Source of the DNA: Candidatus Saccharimonadales bacterium
GTDB lineage: Bacteria > Patescibacteriota > Saccharimonadia > Saccharimonadales > UBA4665
Length of the DNA: 64,000 nt
Assembly: GCA_041912375.1 (NCBI GenBank)
Contig: JAYRNA010000002.1
Coordinates: forward strand, 2,226 to 66,225
Reading direction: 5' to 3'
Shown here: one piece after another, positions 24,541-32,279 of the stretch
How the letters are laid out: each line of letters begins with the position of its first letter
How positions within the stretch are numbered: position 1 is the stretch's first letter
Notes under the pieces: model-generated
The model's database searches: none
Told to the model about the DNA's origin: nothing
Seen by the model: only the letters and a program-made list of their open reading frames with translations
Program-made: the position numbers and the translations under genes

Positions 24541-25623
24541 ATGGCAGAAAAACGCGATTACTATGACGTCCTAGGCATAAAAAAGGACGCCTCTCCTGAT
24601 GAGATCAAGAAGTCCTTTCGTAGAGCGGCGGTTGAACACCACCCGGATCGGGGCGGTGATGACAGTAAGTTCAAAGAAATTAACGAAGCCTATGAAGTAC
24701 TCAAAGATGCAGATAAACGCAAAAGATATGACCAGTTTGGGCACGCTGGAGTTGGTAACGCCGGTGCCGGTGGTGGTAACCCATTTGCTGGCTTTGGTGG
24801 GCAGGGCCAGGAAGTCCACTTTGATTTTGGAGATTTAGGTCTTGGCGATATTTTCAATAGCTTTTTCGGGGGTAATCATGGTAGTCGGCGCCAGCAACAA
24901 GCTAGAGGTCGTGACATCGAGAGCAGCGTTGAAATATCGTTCCAGGAAGCTGTCTTTGGAACAGAGGTTGATTTGCGTCTGCAACTTCAAGATAATTGTC
25001 CGCACTGCAAGGGATCGACAGTCGAACCAGGATATCAGTTGAAAACGTGTGATCAGTGTCAGGGTTCAGGACAAGTAGTCGCAGTAACGAAAACAATATT
25101 TGGCAACATTCAGCAGGCGGCACTATGTCCTAAATGCTCAGGCCGGGGTAAGATTCCCGAAAAAGTTTGCAGTGTTTGTCACGGCAAAGGCACACAACCA
25201 AAGAAGCAAGCCATACAATTAAAAATTCCGCCAGGAATAGATGATGGCGCAACTATTCGTCTGAGGGAGCATGGTGAGGCGATCGCCAATGGGCCCAAAG
25301 GCGACCTATACGTTAACATCAGAGTTAAATCGCATAGGCACTTCACCAGAGAAGGCGACTTGATTCTGAGCGAAGAACACATAGGAATGGTTGAGGCGGC
25401 ACTGGGCACCGAGATGGATGTTCAAACTGTTGATGGACTTGTGCGTATGAAAGTACCCGCTGGTACTCAATCCGGCTCAGACTTTAAACTAAGTAACCAT
25501 GGCGTGCCGCACATCAAGGGTTCTAGCCGAGGAGCTCACATCGTAACCATCATTGTTGATACACCAACGAAGCTTAGCAAAAAACAGCGAGAACTACTTG
25601 AAATCTACCAAGAAAAGCAGTAG
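24541..25623 (+). CDS. dnaJ: Molecular chaperone DnaJ
   Basis: J domain with HPDR, a G/F-rich region, and four CxxCxGxG zinc-finger repeats. Confidence 0.97.
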   Translation: MAEKRDYYDVLGIKKDASPDEIKKSFRRAAVEHHPDRGGDDSKFKEINEAYEVLKDADKRKRYDQFGHAGVGNAGAGGGNPFAGFGGQGQEVHFDFGDLGLGDIFNSFFGGNHGSRRQQQARGRDIESSVEISFQEAVFGTEVDLRLQLQDNCPHCKGSTVEPGYQLKTCDQCQGSGQVVAVTKTIFGNIQQAALCPKCSGRGKIPEKVCSVCHGKGTQPKKQAIQLKIPPGIDDGATIRLREHGEAIANGPKGDLYVNIRVKSHRHFTREGDLILSEEHIGMVEAALGTEMDVQTVDGLVRMKVPAGTQSGSDFKLSNHGVPHIKGSSRGAHIVTIIVDTPTKLSKKQRELLEIYQEKQ

Positions 25624-25666
25624 AGTTCGACGCTTTGGCTGTGAGTATTGGAATTGATTCGGTCCT

Positions 25667-26335
25667 TTAACTGTCAGATCGCCAAGCTATGAACGGGGCT
25701 TGAACGACTAAGTTTCTGCCGCGGTTCTTTGCTTCATAGAGGGCTGCATCAACGGTCTGCAAGTTCTCCTCCAGGTTCTTTTCCATATCGAGCTCAGCCG
25801 CACCAATACTTACCGTAACGCTGAGATTTATTAATATAGCAAGACGAATTCTCTCGGCAGCTGCCACTGAACCTTCTTTGGGAGTTCGTGGCATAAGTAT
25901 TACGAATTCATCGCCCATTGGTCGGCTGGCGGCCGCCTGACTTTCATATGACGGTACGTCACGAGCTCGCAGCTCTCGGGTGAGTATGTTCCCAATACCC
26001 TTAAGCACCGCATCGCCTGCTACGTGACCCTTTTTGTCATTTATGTCTTTAAAGTTATCAATGTCCATAGCCAGTACGCTATGGGTATTGAGGTGAGTAT
26101 CAGCGTCGCCCTTTCGACGATATTGGTGCGATGACTTCAGTTGCTCGAACGTTTCCTCCATACCTTTTCGGTTGAAAAGTCCGGTTAGGTGGTCGCGGCG
26201 GTTTTGTTCCTGAGCAATTGCCAGCGCGGTTTCGAGCTTTGCTCCCCAACTGACAGCAGACACCAGTCCATCCATCAGTTCTCTAGTTGTGGCAAACTGA
26301 TCATCTAGCCGCCCAACATCAATAAATTCAGACAT
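25667..26335 (-). CDS. GGDEF-domain protein with variant active-site motif (MGDEF)
   Basis: DHLTGLFNRKG, MDIDNFKDINDKKGHVAGD and RPMGDEFVILMP (MGDEF at 25904..25918) are present. The track ORF starts at a TTG at 26395; the ATG at 26335 (MSEFIDV) is preferred. A short N-terminal helical region is the only possible sensor part. Confidence 0.8.
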   Translation of the reverse strand: MSEFIDVGRLDDQFATTRELMDGLVSAVSWGAKLETALAIAQEQNRRDHLTGLFNRKGMEETFEQLKSSHQYRRKGDADTHLNTHSVLAMDIDNFKDINDKKGHVAGDAVLKGIGNILTRELRARDVPSYESQAAASRPMGDEFVILMPRTPKEGSVAAAERIRLAILINLSVTVSIGAAELDMEKNLEENLQTVDAALYEAKNRGRNLVVQAPFIAWRSDS

Positions 26336-26424
26336 AAGCAAATTATAACATAATACAGCTCTATAAACAAGATTTCGAAGAACTTGCTCAGCCAAATTCA
26401 GTTATGGTTAAATGGTCGAGTTAT

Positions 26425-26541
26425 ATGCGACGTACGCCGATCAACCAGTCAGGACTAATCCCATTGCTAATAGCTGTGATTTTGGTGGTAGGGGCATTTA
26501 TTTATTTGGCTTACACTCGCGTACTCCACGCCCAACGATAG
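26425..26541 (+). CDS. Possible small membrane protein (38 aa, MRRTPINQSGLIPLLIAVILVVGAFIYLAYTRVLHAQR)
   Basis: Single clear TM helix with positive residues on both sides. Below the track length cutoff. Confidence 0.25.
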   Translation: MRRTPINQSGLIPLLIAVILVVGAFIYLAYTRVLHAQR

Positions 26542-26542
26542 A

Positions 26543-26571
26543 TTGACCAAGACTTCTTAAGAGTATATAAT
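26543..26571 (+). promoter_or_regulatory. Promoter of the ATP-grasp operon (TTGACC-N17-TATAAT)
   Basis: TTGACC at 26543..26548 and TATAAT at 26566..26571. The start codons at 26585 (GTG) and 26591 (ATG) leave a leader of at most about 13 nt. Confidence 0.45.
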
Positions 26572-26584
26572 ATGCTTCTTAGGC

Positions 26585-27907
26585 GTGATTATGAGAAAAA
26601 ATTTAGTACACATTGGAATAGTTGAAGCGATATCATTGCCGGATAATGGGCTTCAGTCTATCTTGGCCAAGATAGACACTGGCGCTGACGGCTCAACTGT
26701 TTGGGCTAGTAATATAAAGCAAAAAAGTGGCTCACTCAGCTTCGTCCTTTTTGATAGCTCATCGCCTTACTACAGCGGAGAGGTTGTTACGACTCGAGAT
26801 TATCAAGTTACCTCGGTCAAAAATTCATTTGGTCAAAGTGAATTTCGCTACAAAGTACCACTGAGAGTACGATTGGGCAATCGGACGATACGCGCCCAGT
26901 TCAGCTTGTCCGATCGATCGAAAAATCGTTACCCGATTTTGATCGGTCAGCGCACCTTACGCGGAAAATTTTTGGTAGATGCATCAAGACAATCTGCTAA
27001 GGGCAGTTACCGAGTTTTATTGTTATCGGTCAGCCCGACTCCAGCCACTCATCAGTTGGTCAAAGGCTTACAAAGTCACGGCAAAAAACTTCAAGTTACC
27101 ATAGCGCGATATCAAGATCTATGTTTTCAGATGGGAGGAACGACAAATCGCGTGACATTAATAACGACCGGAGAAGATGTCGCCTTGTTCGATCTAGTTC
27201 ATTTTAAAACAACTGCTCGACACCTCGACATTGCGGCTTCAGTAGCCCAATATCTCCGAAAACGCGGTGTGCCATTTTTCGACGCTGCTGTTGCTAATTA
27301 CCCAGCCAGCAGCAAGCTCTATCAATATATAATTTTGGCGGATAATGATTTGTCTGTACCTCCTTCTTTGTTGGTACTGCCTGAGCGTATGGCGACAGCT
27401 TACCGGCGCATATCAAGCTACGTGGGAACACCATTTGTCCTCAAAGACATTTACACCAGTAAAGGTCGCCATAATTTTCTAATTCGTGATAAAAAAGCAT
27501 TTGATCGCTTCGTCAGAGAAACCAAAGGTTTGCCCGAGCGATTTATCGCCCAAAGCTACATCGAGAACGAGGGAGACTTACGTTTGTTGGTACTTGGCAG
27601 TCAAGTGGCGCTGGTTATCAAACGCCAGCGAGCTAGCCTAACAACACACCTAAACAACACTTCAGCCGGCGGTAATGCAACGCTTTTACCGATAAGTACT
27701 TTGCCAGGGGAAGTGCAGCAAGCGGCTGTCAAGGCCGCCAAACTTCTGCAACGCCAAATTGCCGGCGTCGATATGGTTACCGACAAAAATACCGGACTAT
27801 GGTATTGTCTGGAAGTTAACGACGGCCCGCAACTAGCCACCGGCTCATTTCTAACTGAAAAGCAAGCAGTCTTAGCGGATTACATCACTCGAGTGGCTGG
27901 AAAGTAA
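26585..27907 (+). CDS. Fusion protein: COG4067/RimB-like retropepsin-type protease domain + RimK-like ATP-grasp ligase domain
   Basis: The N-terminal ~140 aa read IVEAISLPDNGLQSILAKIDTGADGSTVWA...ILIGQRTLRGKFLVD (DTGA signature). The C-terminal ~290 aa carry GDLRLLVLG, HLNNTSAGGNA and AGVDMV...CLEVNDGP (ATP-grasp). Confidence 0.85.
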   Translation: MIMRKNLVHIGIVEAISLPDNGLQSILAKIDTGADGSTVWASNIKQKSGSLSFVLFDSSSPYYSGEVVTTRDYQVTSVKNSFGQSEFRYKVPLRVRLGNRTIRAQFSLSDRSKNRYPILIGQRTLRGKFLVDASRQSAKGSYRVLLLSVSPTPATHQLVKGLQSHGKKLQVTIARYQDLCFQMGGTTNRVTLITTGEDVALFDLVHFKTTARHLDIAASVAQYLRKRGVPFFDAAVANYPASSKLYQYIILADNDLSVPPSLLVLPERMATAYRRISSYVGTPFVLKDIYTSKGRHNFLIRDKKAFDRFVRETKGLPERFIAQSYIENEGDLRLLVLGSQVALVIKRQRASLTTHLNNTSAGGNATLLPISTLPGEVQQAAVKAAKLLQRQIAGVDMVTDKNTGLWYCLEVNDGPQLATGSFLTEKQAVLADYITRVAGK

Positions 27908-27916
27908 ACACTAATC

Positions 27917-28819
27917 ATGAATATCGTCATTTTATCAAAAGGTCCAGGTAATTTTTCGACTAAACGACTGAAAGCCGAAGCTGAATCCCGCGGTCACAAA
28001 GTACGTGTTATTAATTACGCTAAGTGCTACGTAACCGTTCAGCGAAATAATCCGATGATTCACTACAAGGGCGAAGAAGTAACAGGTGTTGATGTCGTCA
28101 TCCCGCGTGTGGCGCAAAGTCTGACTCGCTACGGCAGCTCAATCGTCCGTCAGTTCGAGATGCAAAATGTGGTTACCACTACGAGCTCAATCGGTATTGT
28201 CCGTTCGCGCGACAAATTACGGAGCATGCAACTTCTGGCCAAAGCCGGAGTTGGCATCCCCAAGACCGTGATTGTGAGGGAGACAGCAGATTTCGACGGT
28301 GTCTTGGAGCAAGTTGGCGGAGCTCCAGTAATTATCAAAGTAGCCCGTGGGACACACGGCAACGGGGTGGTGCTAGCTGAAACTCGCAAAGCAGCCCTAG
28401 CAGTGATGCAAGCATTTTATGGGGAGGGCGTCAACTTTTTGGTCCAGGAATTTGTCGCCGAAAGTGCCGGAGTCGATATACGGGCCTTTGTCGTCAACGG
28501 CAAAGTAGTGGCTAGTATGTTGCGCCAAAGTCTTGATGATGACTTCAGATCGAATCTTCATCAGGGCGGTGAAGGTATTGCTGTCAAGCTTACCCCTGAA
28601 GAGCGCAAAACAGCTCAAAAAGCCGCCAAAACGATGGGTCTACCAATTTGCGGAGTCGATTTGATGCGCAGCACCCATGGCCCATTAGTATTAGAGGTCA
28701 ACCCCAGTCCTGGACTGGGTATCGAAAAAGTTACCGGCCAAAAGGTTGCTGCTAAGATCATTGATTATGCCGAAATAGTGGTCCGTTCCGGCCGTCGCAA
28801 AGATGAAGTTGGTGCCTGA
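27917..28819 (+). CDS. rimK: Ribosomal protein S6--L-glutamate ligase RimK
   Basis: Collinear with RimK throughout: MNIVILSKG..., RDKLRSMQLLAKAG, GGAPVIIKVARGTHGNGVVLAE, DIRAFVV, FRSNLHQGG, CGVDLM...LEVNPSPGL. Confidence 0.92.
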   Translation: MNIVILSKGPGNFSTKRLKAEAESRGHKVRVINYAKCYVTVQRNNPMIHYKGEEVTGVDVVIPRVAQSLTRYGSSIVRQFEMQNVVTTTSSIGIVRSRDKLRSMQLLAKAGVGIPKTVIVRETADFDGVLEQVGGAPVIIKVARGTHGNGVVLAETRKAALAVMQAFYGEGVNFLVQEFVAESAGVDIRAFVVNGKVVASMLRQSLDDDFRSNLHQGGEGIAVKLTPEERKTAQKAAKTMGLPICGVDLMRSTHGPLVLEVNPSPGLGIEKVTGQKVAAKIIDYAEIVVRSGRRKDEVGA

Positions 28820-28877
28820 CGAGCAACAAGACAGAGGTTTTTAACCAAAGCCTATGCTCAAACCACTAATGTTTTGA

Positions 28878-28886
28878 TGATATAGT
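28878..28886 (+). promoter_or_regulatory. Extended -10 promoter (TGaTATAGT) 6 nt upstream of an ATG (leaderless-type)
   Basis: The sequence is tgaTATAGTaagcgcATG, with TATAGT at 28881..28886 and the ATG at 28893. Confidence 0.4.
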
Positions 28887-28892
28887 AAGCGC

Positions 28893-29405
28893 ATGACACC
28901 AGAACTGACGCTTGGCGCCATTGTCCTCGTCCCGATTGCTTTTTTGCTGCTTCTCAGAGTAAATGCCACACTAGTCTTCCTTAGTTTATGCTTAGGCAGC
29001 GTATTGGTGACGTACGTAGTCGGCGACGCCAACTCTTTTATGAGCTGGCTGTCTGTGTCAAATGCCACCCCCAAGCTTCACACTGCTCAGGATAATATCA
29101 AGCTAGTCCTGCTGCTTATCCCAGTATTGTTGACTTCGGTTTTTATGATACGCACAGTTAGCGGGGTCTCACGCCAATTTATGAATGTCTTGCCTGCAAT
29201 CGGCGTTGGCTTGCTTGGCGCGCTGCTAGTTGTGCCGTTATTGCCGCCAGGCTTGTCTCACAACATCGTTCGGTCAAACCTCTGGGATCAGCTCATGAGA
29301 GCCCAAGATATTATCATCGCTGGTAGTGCCGTGGTATGTTTGCTTGTGTTATGGCTACAAAGGCCAAAAACCGGAGGCAAACACCACAAAAAACACAAAG
29401 CATAG
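28893..29405 (+). CDS. Hypothetical membrane protein (about 5 TM, Lys/His-rich C-terminus)
   Basis: Hydrophobic profile; no family recognised. Confidence 0.55.
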   Translation: MTPELTLGAIVLVPIAFLLLLRVNATLVFLSLCLGSVLVTYVVGDANSFMSWLSVSNATPKLHTAQDNIKLVLLLIPVLLTSVFMIRTVSGVSRQFMNVLPAIGVGLLGALLVVPLLPPGLSHNIVRSNLWDQLMRAQDIIIAGSAVVCLLVLWLQRPKTGGKHHKKHKA

Positions 29406-29473
29406 ATTGACTTTTTGACCAAAAAACAGATAATGTATGGAGTTAATTCACTAGCCGTTTCGCTTGCCACTAG

Positions 29474-29550
29474 GGGCCCGTAGCTCAGCCGGTTAGAGCA
29501 CCTGCCTTTTAAGCAGGGTGTCGTGGGTTCGAGTCCCACCGGGCCCTCCA
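29474..29550 (+). tRNA. tRNA-Lys (UUU), CCA encoded
   Basis: GGGCCCG ta GCTC agccggtta GAGC a CCTGC CTTTTAA GCAGG gtgtc GTGGG ttcgagt CCCAC CGGGCCC t CCA. Confidence 0.9.
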
Positions 29551-29590
29551 CTAAAAACACCTAACTTTTCGGTCGGATGTTTTTAGTGGA
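29547..29590 (+). other. 13-bp perfect inverted repeat whose 5' arm includes the tRNA-Lys 3' end
   Basis: TCCACTAAAAACA (29547..29559) pairs with TGTTTTTAGTGGA (29578..29590) across an 18-nt loop. No U-tract follows. Confidence 0.4.
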
Positions 29591-29711
29591 AGTCGGAGAC
29601 GTCGAGAACTCAACCGGCACGTTAGAGATAAACACGATTCCACCGTTCACTAGGCTACGTGTGTAATGATTACGCACTTATCAGTAGAGCTTTTGCTGGT
29701 ATTCTTAAACC

Positions 29712-30290
29712 ATGGAAACTTTTCAGGACAGGCCCGTACTATTCTTTGAGGCTCAAAGTAGTTGGCGTAATTGGCTGGATGAGTACAGTTCAAAGTTTGA
29801 TGGCATATGGATTAAACTTGCCAAAAAATCATCAAAAATAACCTCGATCTCGTATGATGAGGCACTGGAAGAAGCGCTATGTTATGGCTGGGTAGATAGT
29901 CAAAAGCAGGCGTACGATAAAGATCATTATCTACAAAAATTCACTCCAAGGGGACCAAAAAGTATTTGGTCAAAAAGAAACGTCGCTAAAGCTGAGGCTT
30001 TAATTAAGGCAGACAAAATGCGGCCTTCCGGTTTAGTAGCAATCAAAAATGCCAAGGAAAATGGCGCGTGGGCCAGGGCGTATGACTCGTCAAGTACCAT
30101 GACTATCCCTATCGACTTTCAGGAAGCACTAAACAAAAACCCTAAGGCGAAAACATTTTTCGAAACATTGAATAAAACAAATGTTTATGGGTTCTGCTGG
30201 CGTATCAATACCGCTAAGAAACCAGAAACCAGAAAAACGAGAATCGACGAGTTTGTAGCCATGTTAAATAACGGCAAGAAACTCCACTAA
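29712..30290 (+). CDS. YdeI/OmpD-associated family protein
   Basis: WRNWLDEY...GIWIKLAKKSS...SYDEALEEALCYGWVDSQK...YLQKFTPRGPKSIWSKRN matches the family pattern. Confidence 0.7.
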   Translation: METFQDRPVLFFEAQSSWRNWLDEYSSKFDGIWIKLAKKSSKITSISYDEALEEALCYGWVDSQKQAYDKDHYLQKFTPRGPKSIWSKRNVAKAEALIKADKMRPSGLVAIKNAKENGAWARAYDSSSTMTIPIDFQEALNKNPKAKTFFETLNKTNVYGFCWRINTAKKPETRKTRIDEFVAMLNNGKKLH

Positions 30291-30402
30291 CATGACGAGT
30301 ATTGATGGCGATAACTCTCATGATGACCCCTAGGACACTCCGGCCTTTGTATGACCGACCGCCGGTGGGAACACGACCAGCGCGTTTTGTTATGATTATA
30401 AA

Positions 30403-31740
30403 ATGACTCACCGGCAGAGAATTATTTTGCTTGCGACTATAGTCGGAAGCGGGGTGGTATTTCTGGACGGAACAATCGTTAACTTGGCCTTGCCGAAACT
30501 TTCGACGGACTTGCAAGCAGATTTTGCCAACCTTCAGTGGGTAATGGCCGGCTATTTGCTTTCGCTATCAGCCCTTATGCTCCTAGGAGGTTCATTGGGT
30601 GATATATATGGCCGAAAACGTAGCTATATGTGGGGCATCTTGGGTTTCAGCGTCGCTTCTTTGCTTTGTGCCATTTCCCCTAATGTCGGTTTTTTGATAT
30701 TTTTCCGTATTGTTCAGGGAGTCTTTGGTGCTCTAGTTGTGCCCGGCGGACTGGCCATCTTAAACACTAACTTTACCGAATCCTTTAAGGGCAAAGCCAT
30801 AGGTATCTGGACGGCTGGAACTTCTGCAATCGGTGCCATAGGACCACTAGCAGGTGGTCTTGTGATAGACCATTTCTCTTGGCGCTGGATATTTGTTATC
30901 GAGATTCCGCTACTACTCTTTTGTTTGTGGCTGACAAAAATAAGTGTTGATGAAACAAAGGATCAACGATCCAGAAGGCTAGATCTACCTGGGGCAATAT
31001 TGGCTGCGATTGCTTTCGGCGGTCTTGTCTACGGACTAATAGAGGGTTCGGCAAACGGCTGGCAAGTCGTACCGACCTTAAGCTTGTTGTTCGGACTAGT
31101 ATTTCTAATTATATTTTTACGGTTTGAGCAGAGAACCAGTGACCCCATGCTTGACCTAACTTTGTTTAAATCACACAATTTTACCGCCTCAAATATCGTT
31201 ACCTTTAGTATGTACGGCGGACTAAGCGGCTACTTTTTTATATTCTTAATTCACCTGCAAACTGTGGTCAGATTCTCAAGCTTTGAGGCAGGGTTGGCAA
31301 CTATTCCTGTTGCGGTTATGATGATTGCCTTTGCAGGTAAATTTGGCGGGCTAGCAGGCGAGAAAGGACCTCGATTATTTATGACAATCGGACCATTAGT
31401 TGTCGGAGTCGGTATCCTATCCATGTTAAGATTGAATGCCAATTCCAGCTTTCTTTTAGGCGCGTTGCCGAGTGTGCTAATTCTGGGGCTTGGCTTATCT
31501 ATTACGGTTGCGCCTCTAACGTCGACGGTACTGAACGCAGTACCAAAAAATCAATCTGGCATAGCCTCTGCCATAAACAACTTCATTGCACGTTCGGCTG
31601 GGTTGGTGGTACTGTCGCTGCTTGGATTGTTGGGGGCAAATAATGCCTATGTCTTTGGTGGATTCTTGTGTGGCACACTGGCTATACTAGCTGGAGCCCT
31701 GTCGTTTGTGCTAATTCGTAATCCTAGAGCCAAGTCTTAG
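30403..31740 (+). CDS. MFS transporter (DHA2/EmrB-like, about 14 TM)
   Basis: VFLDGTIVNLALPKL, GSLGDIYGRKR and the overall TM count fit the family. Confidence 0.85.
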   Translation: MTHRQRIILLATIVGSGVVFLDGTIVNLALPKLSTDLQADFANLQWVMAGYLLSLSALMLLGGSLGDIYGRKRSYMWGILGFSVASLLCAISPNVGFLIFFRIVQGVFGALVVPGGLAILNTNFTESFKGKAIGIWTAGTSAIGAIGPLAGGLVIDHFSWRWIFVIEIPLLLFCLWLTKISVDETKDQRSRRLDLPGAILAAIAFGGLVYGLIEGSANGWQVVPTLSLLFGLVFLIIFLRFEQRTSDPMLDLTLFKSHNFTASNIVTFSMYGGLSGYFFIFLIHLQTVVRFSSFEAGLATIPVAVMMIAFAGKFGGLAGEKGPRLFMTIGPLVVGVGILSMLRLNANSSFLLGALPSVLILGLGLSITVAPLTSTVLNAVPKNQSGIASAINNFIARSAGLVVLSLLGLLGANNAYVFGGFLCGTLAILAGALSFVLIRNPRAKS

Positions 31741-31833
31741 TTAAATTGAAATTGTTCATAATGGTCGATCATCATACTTTTTCGACCAGTCAAATCCAAA
31801 CACGAGACTACTTTACATATAAACACAGAATTT

Positions 31834-32151
31834 TTACTTGGCTTTAGATCTTTTCTCAAGTATTCCTTTTACTGACGGACTTATCGCTTTGTCTGTTCGG
31901 TGGATGCAGCCCATCCAACAACACGGACGACGTTTGCCTTCCTGCAGTTCGGCTACGACCCGTTTGATGTGATTCTTTCTTGTCTTTAGCTGCTTGACGC
32001 TGATGGTCCAGCAAATCCACTCATTGCGAGCGAGTGACGTTAGGCTTTGCCAGGCGGTTTGAGCCGCTGGGGCATAGACAATCGCATTCTCCAAATCAGC
32101 CGGCATTTTATGAGTCGTGCCGCCGAGTAGATTTTTTGTAATCATATTCAT
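31834..32151 (-). CDS. YdeI/OmdA C-terminal-domain protein
   Basis: PADLENAI...AQTAWQSLTSLARNEWICWTISVKQLKTRKNHIKRVVAELQEGKRRPCCW is typical of the OmdA domain. Confidence 0.65.
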   Translation of the reverse strand: MNMITKNLLGGTTHKMPADLENAIVYAPAAQTAWQSLTSLARNEWICWTISVKQLKTRKNHIKRVVAELQEGKRRPCCWMGCIHRTDKAISPSVKGILEKRSKAK

Positions 32152-32279
32152 ATTTTATCGCAAACATAGTTTCTATCAACTAACCAGTCATATCCACTTG
32201 GCCAAAAAACATTTCAATAGATTAACCATACGATCACCATTAAACCAATCTTAAATAACTGTCTTTTAAAGGTCATCGC

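Noticed and set aside
29288-29560. 90-aa minus-strand track ORF.
   Set aside because: It is antisense to tRNA-Lys and to the end of the upstream membrane-protein gene, so it is a tRNA-derived artefact.
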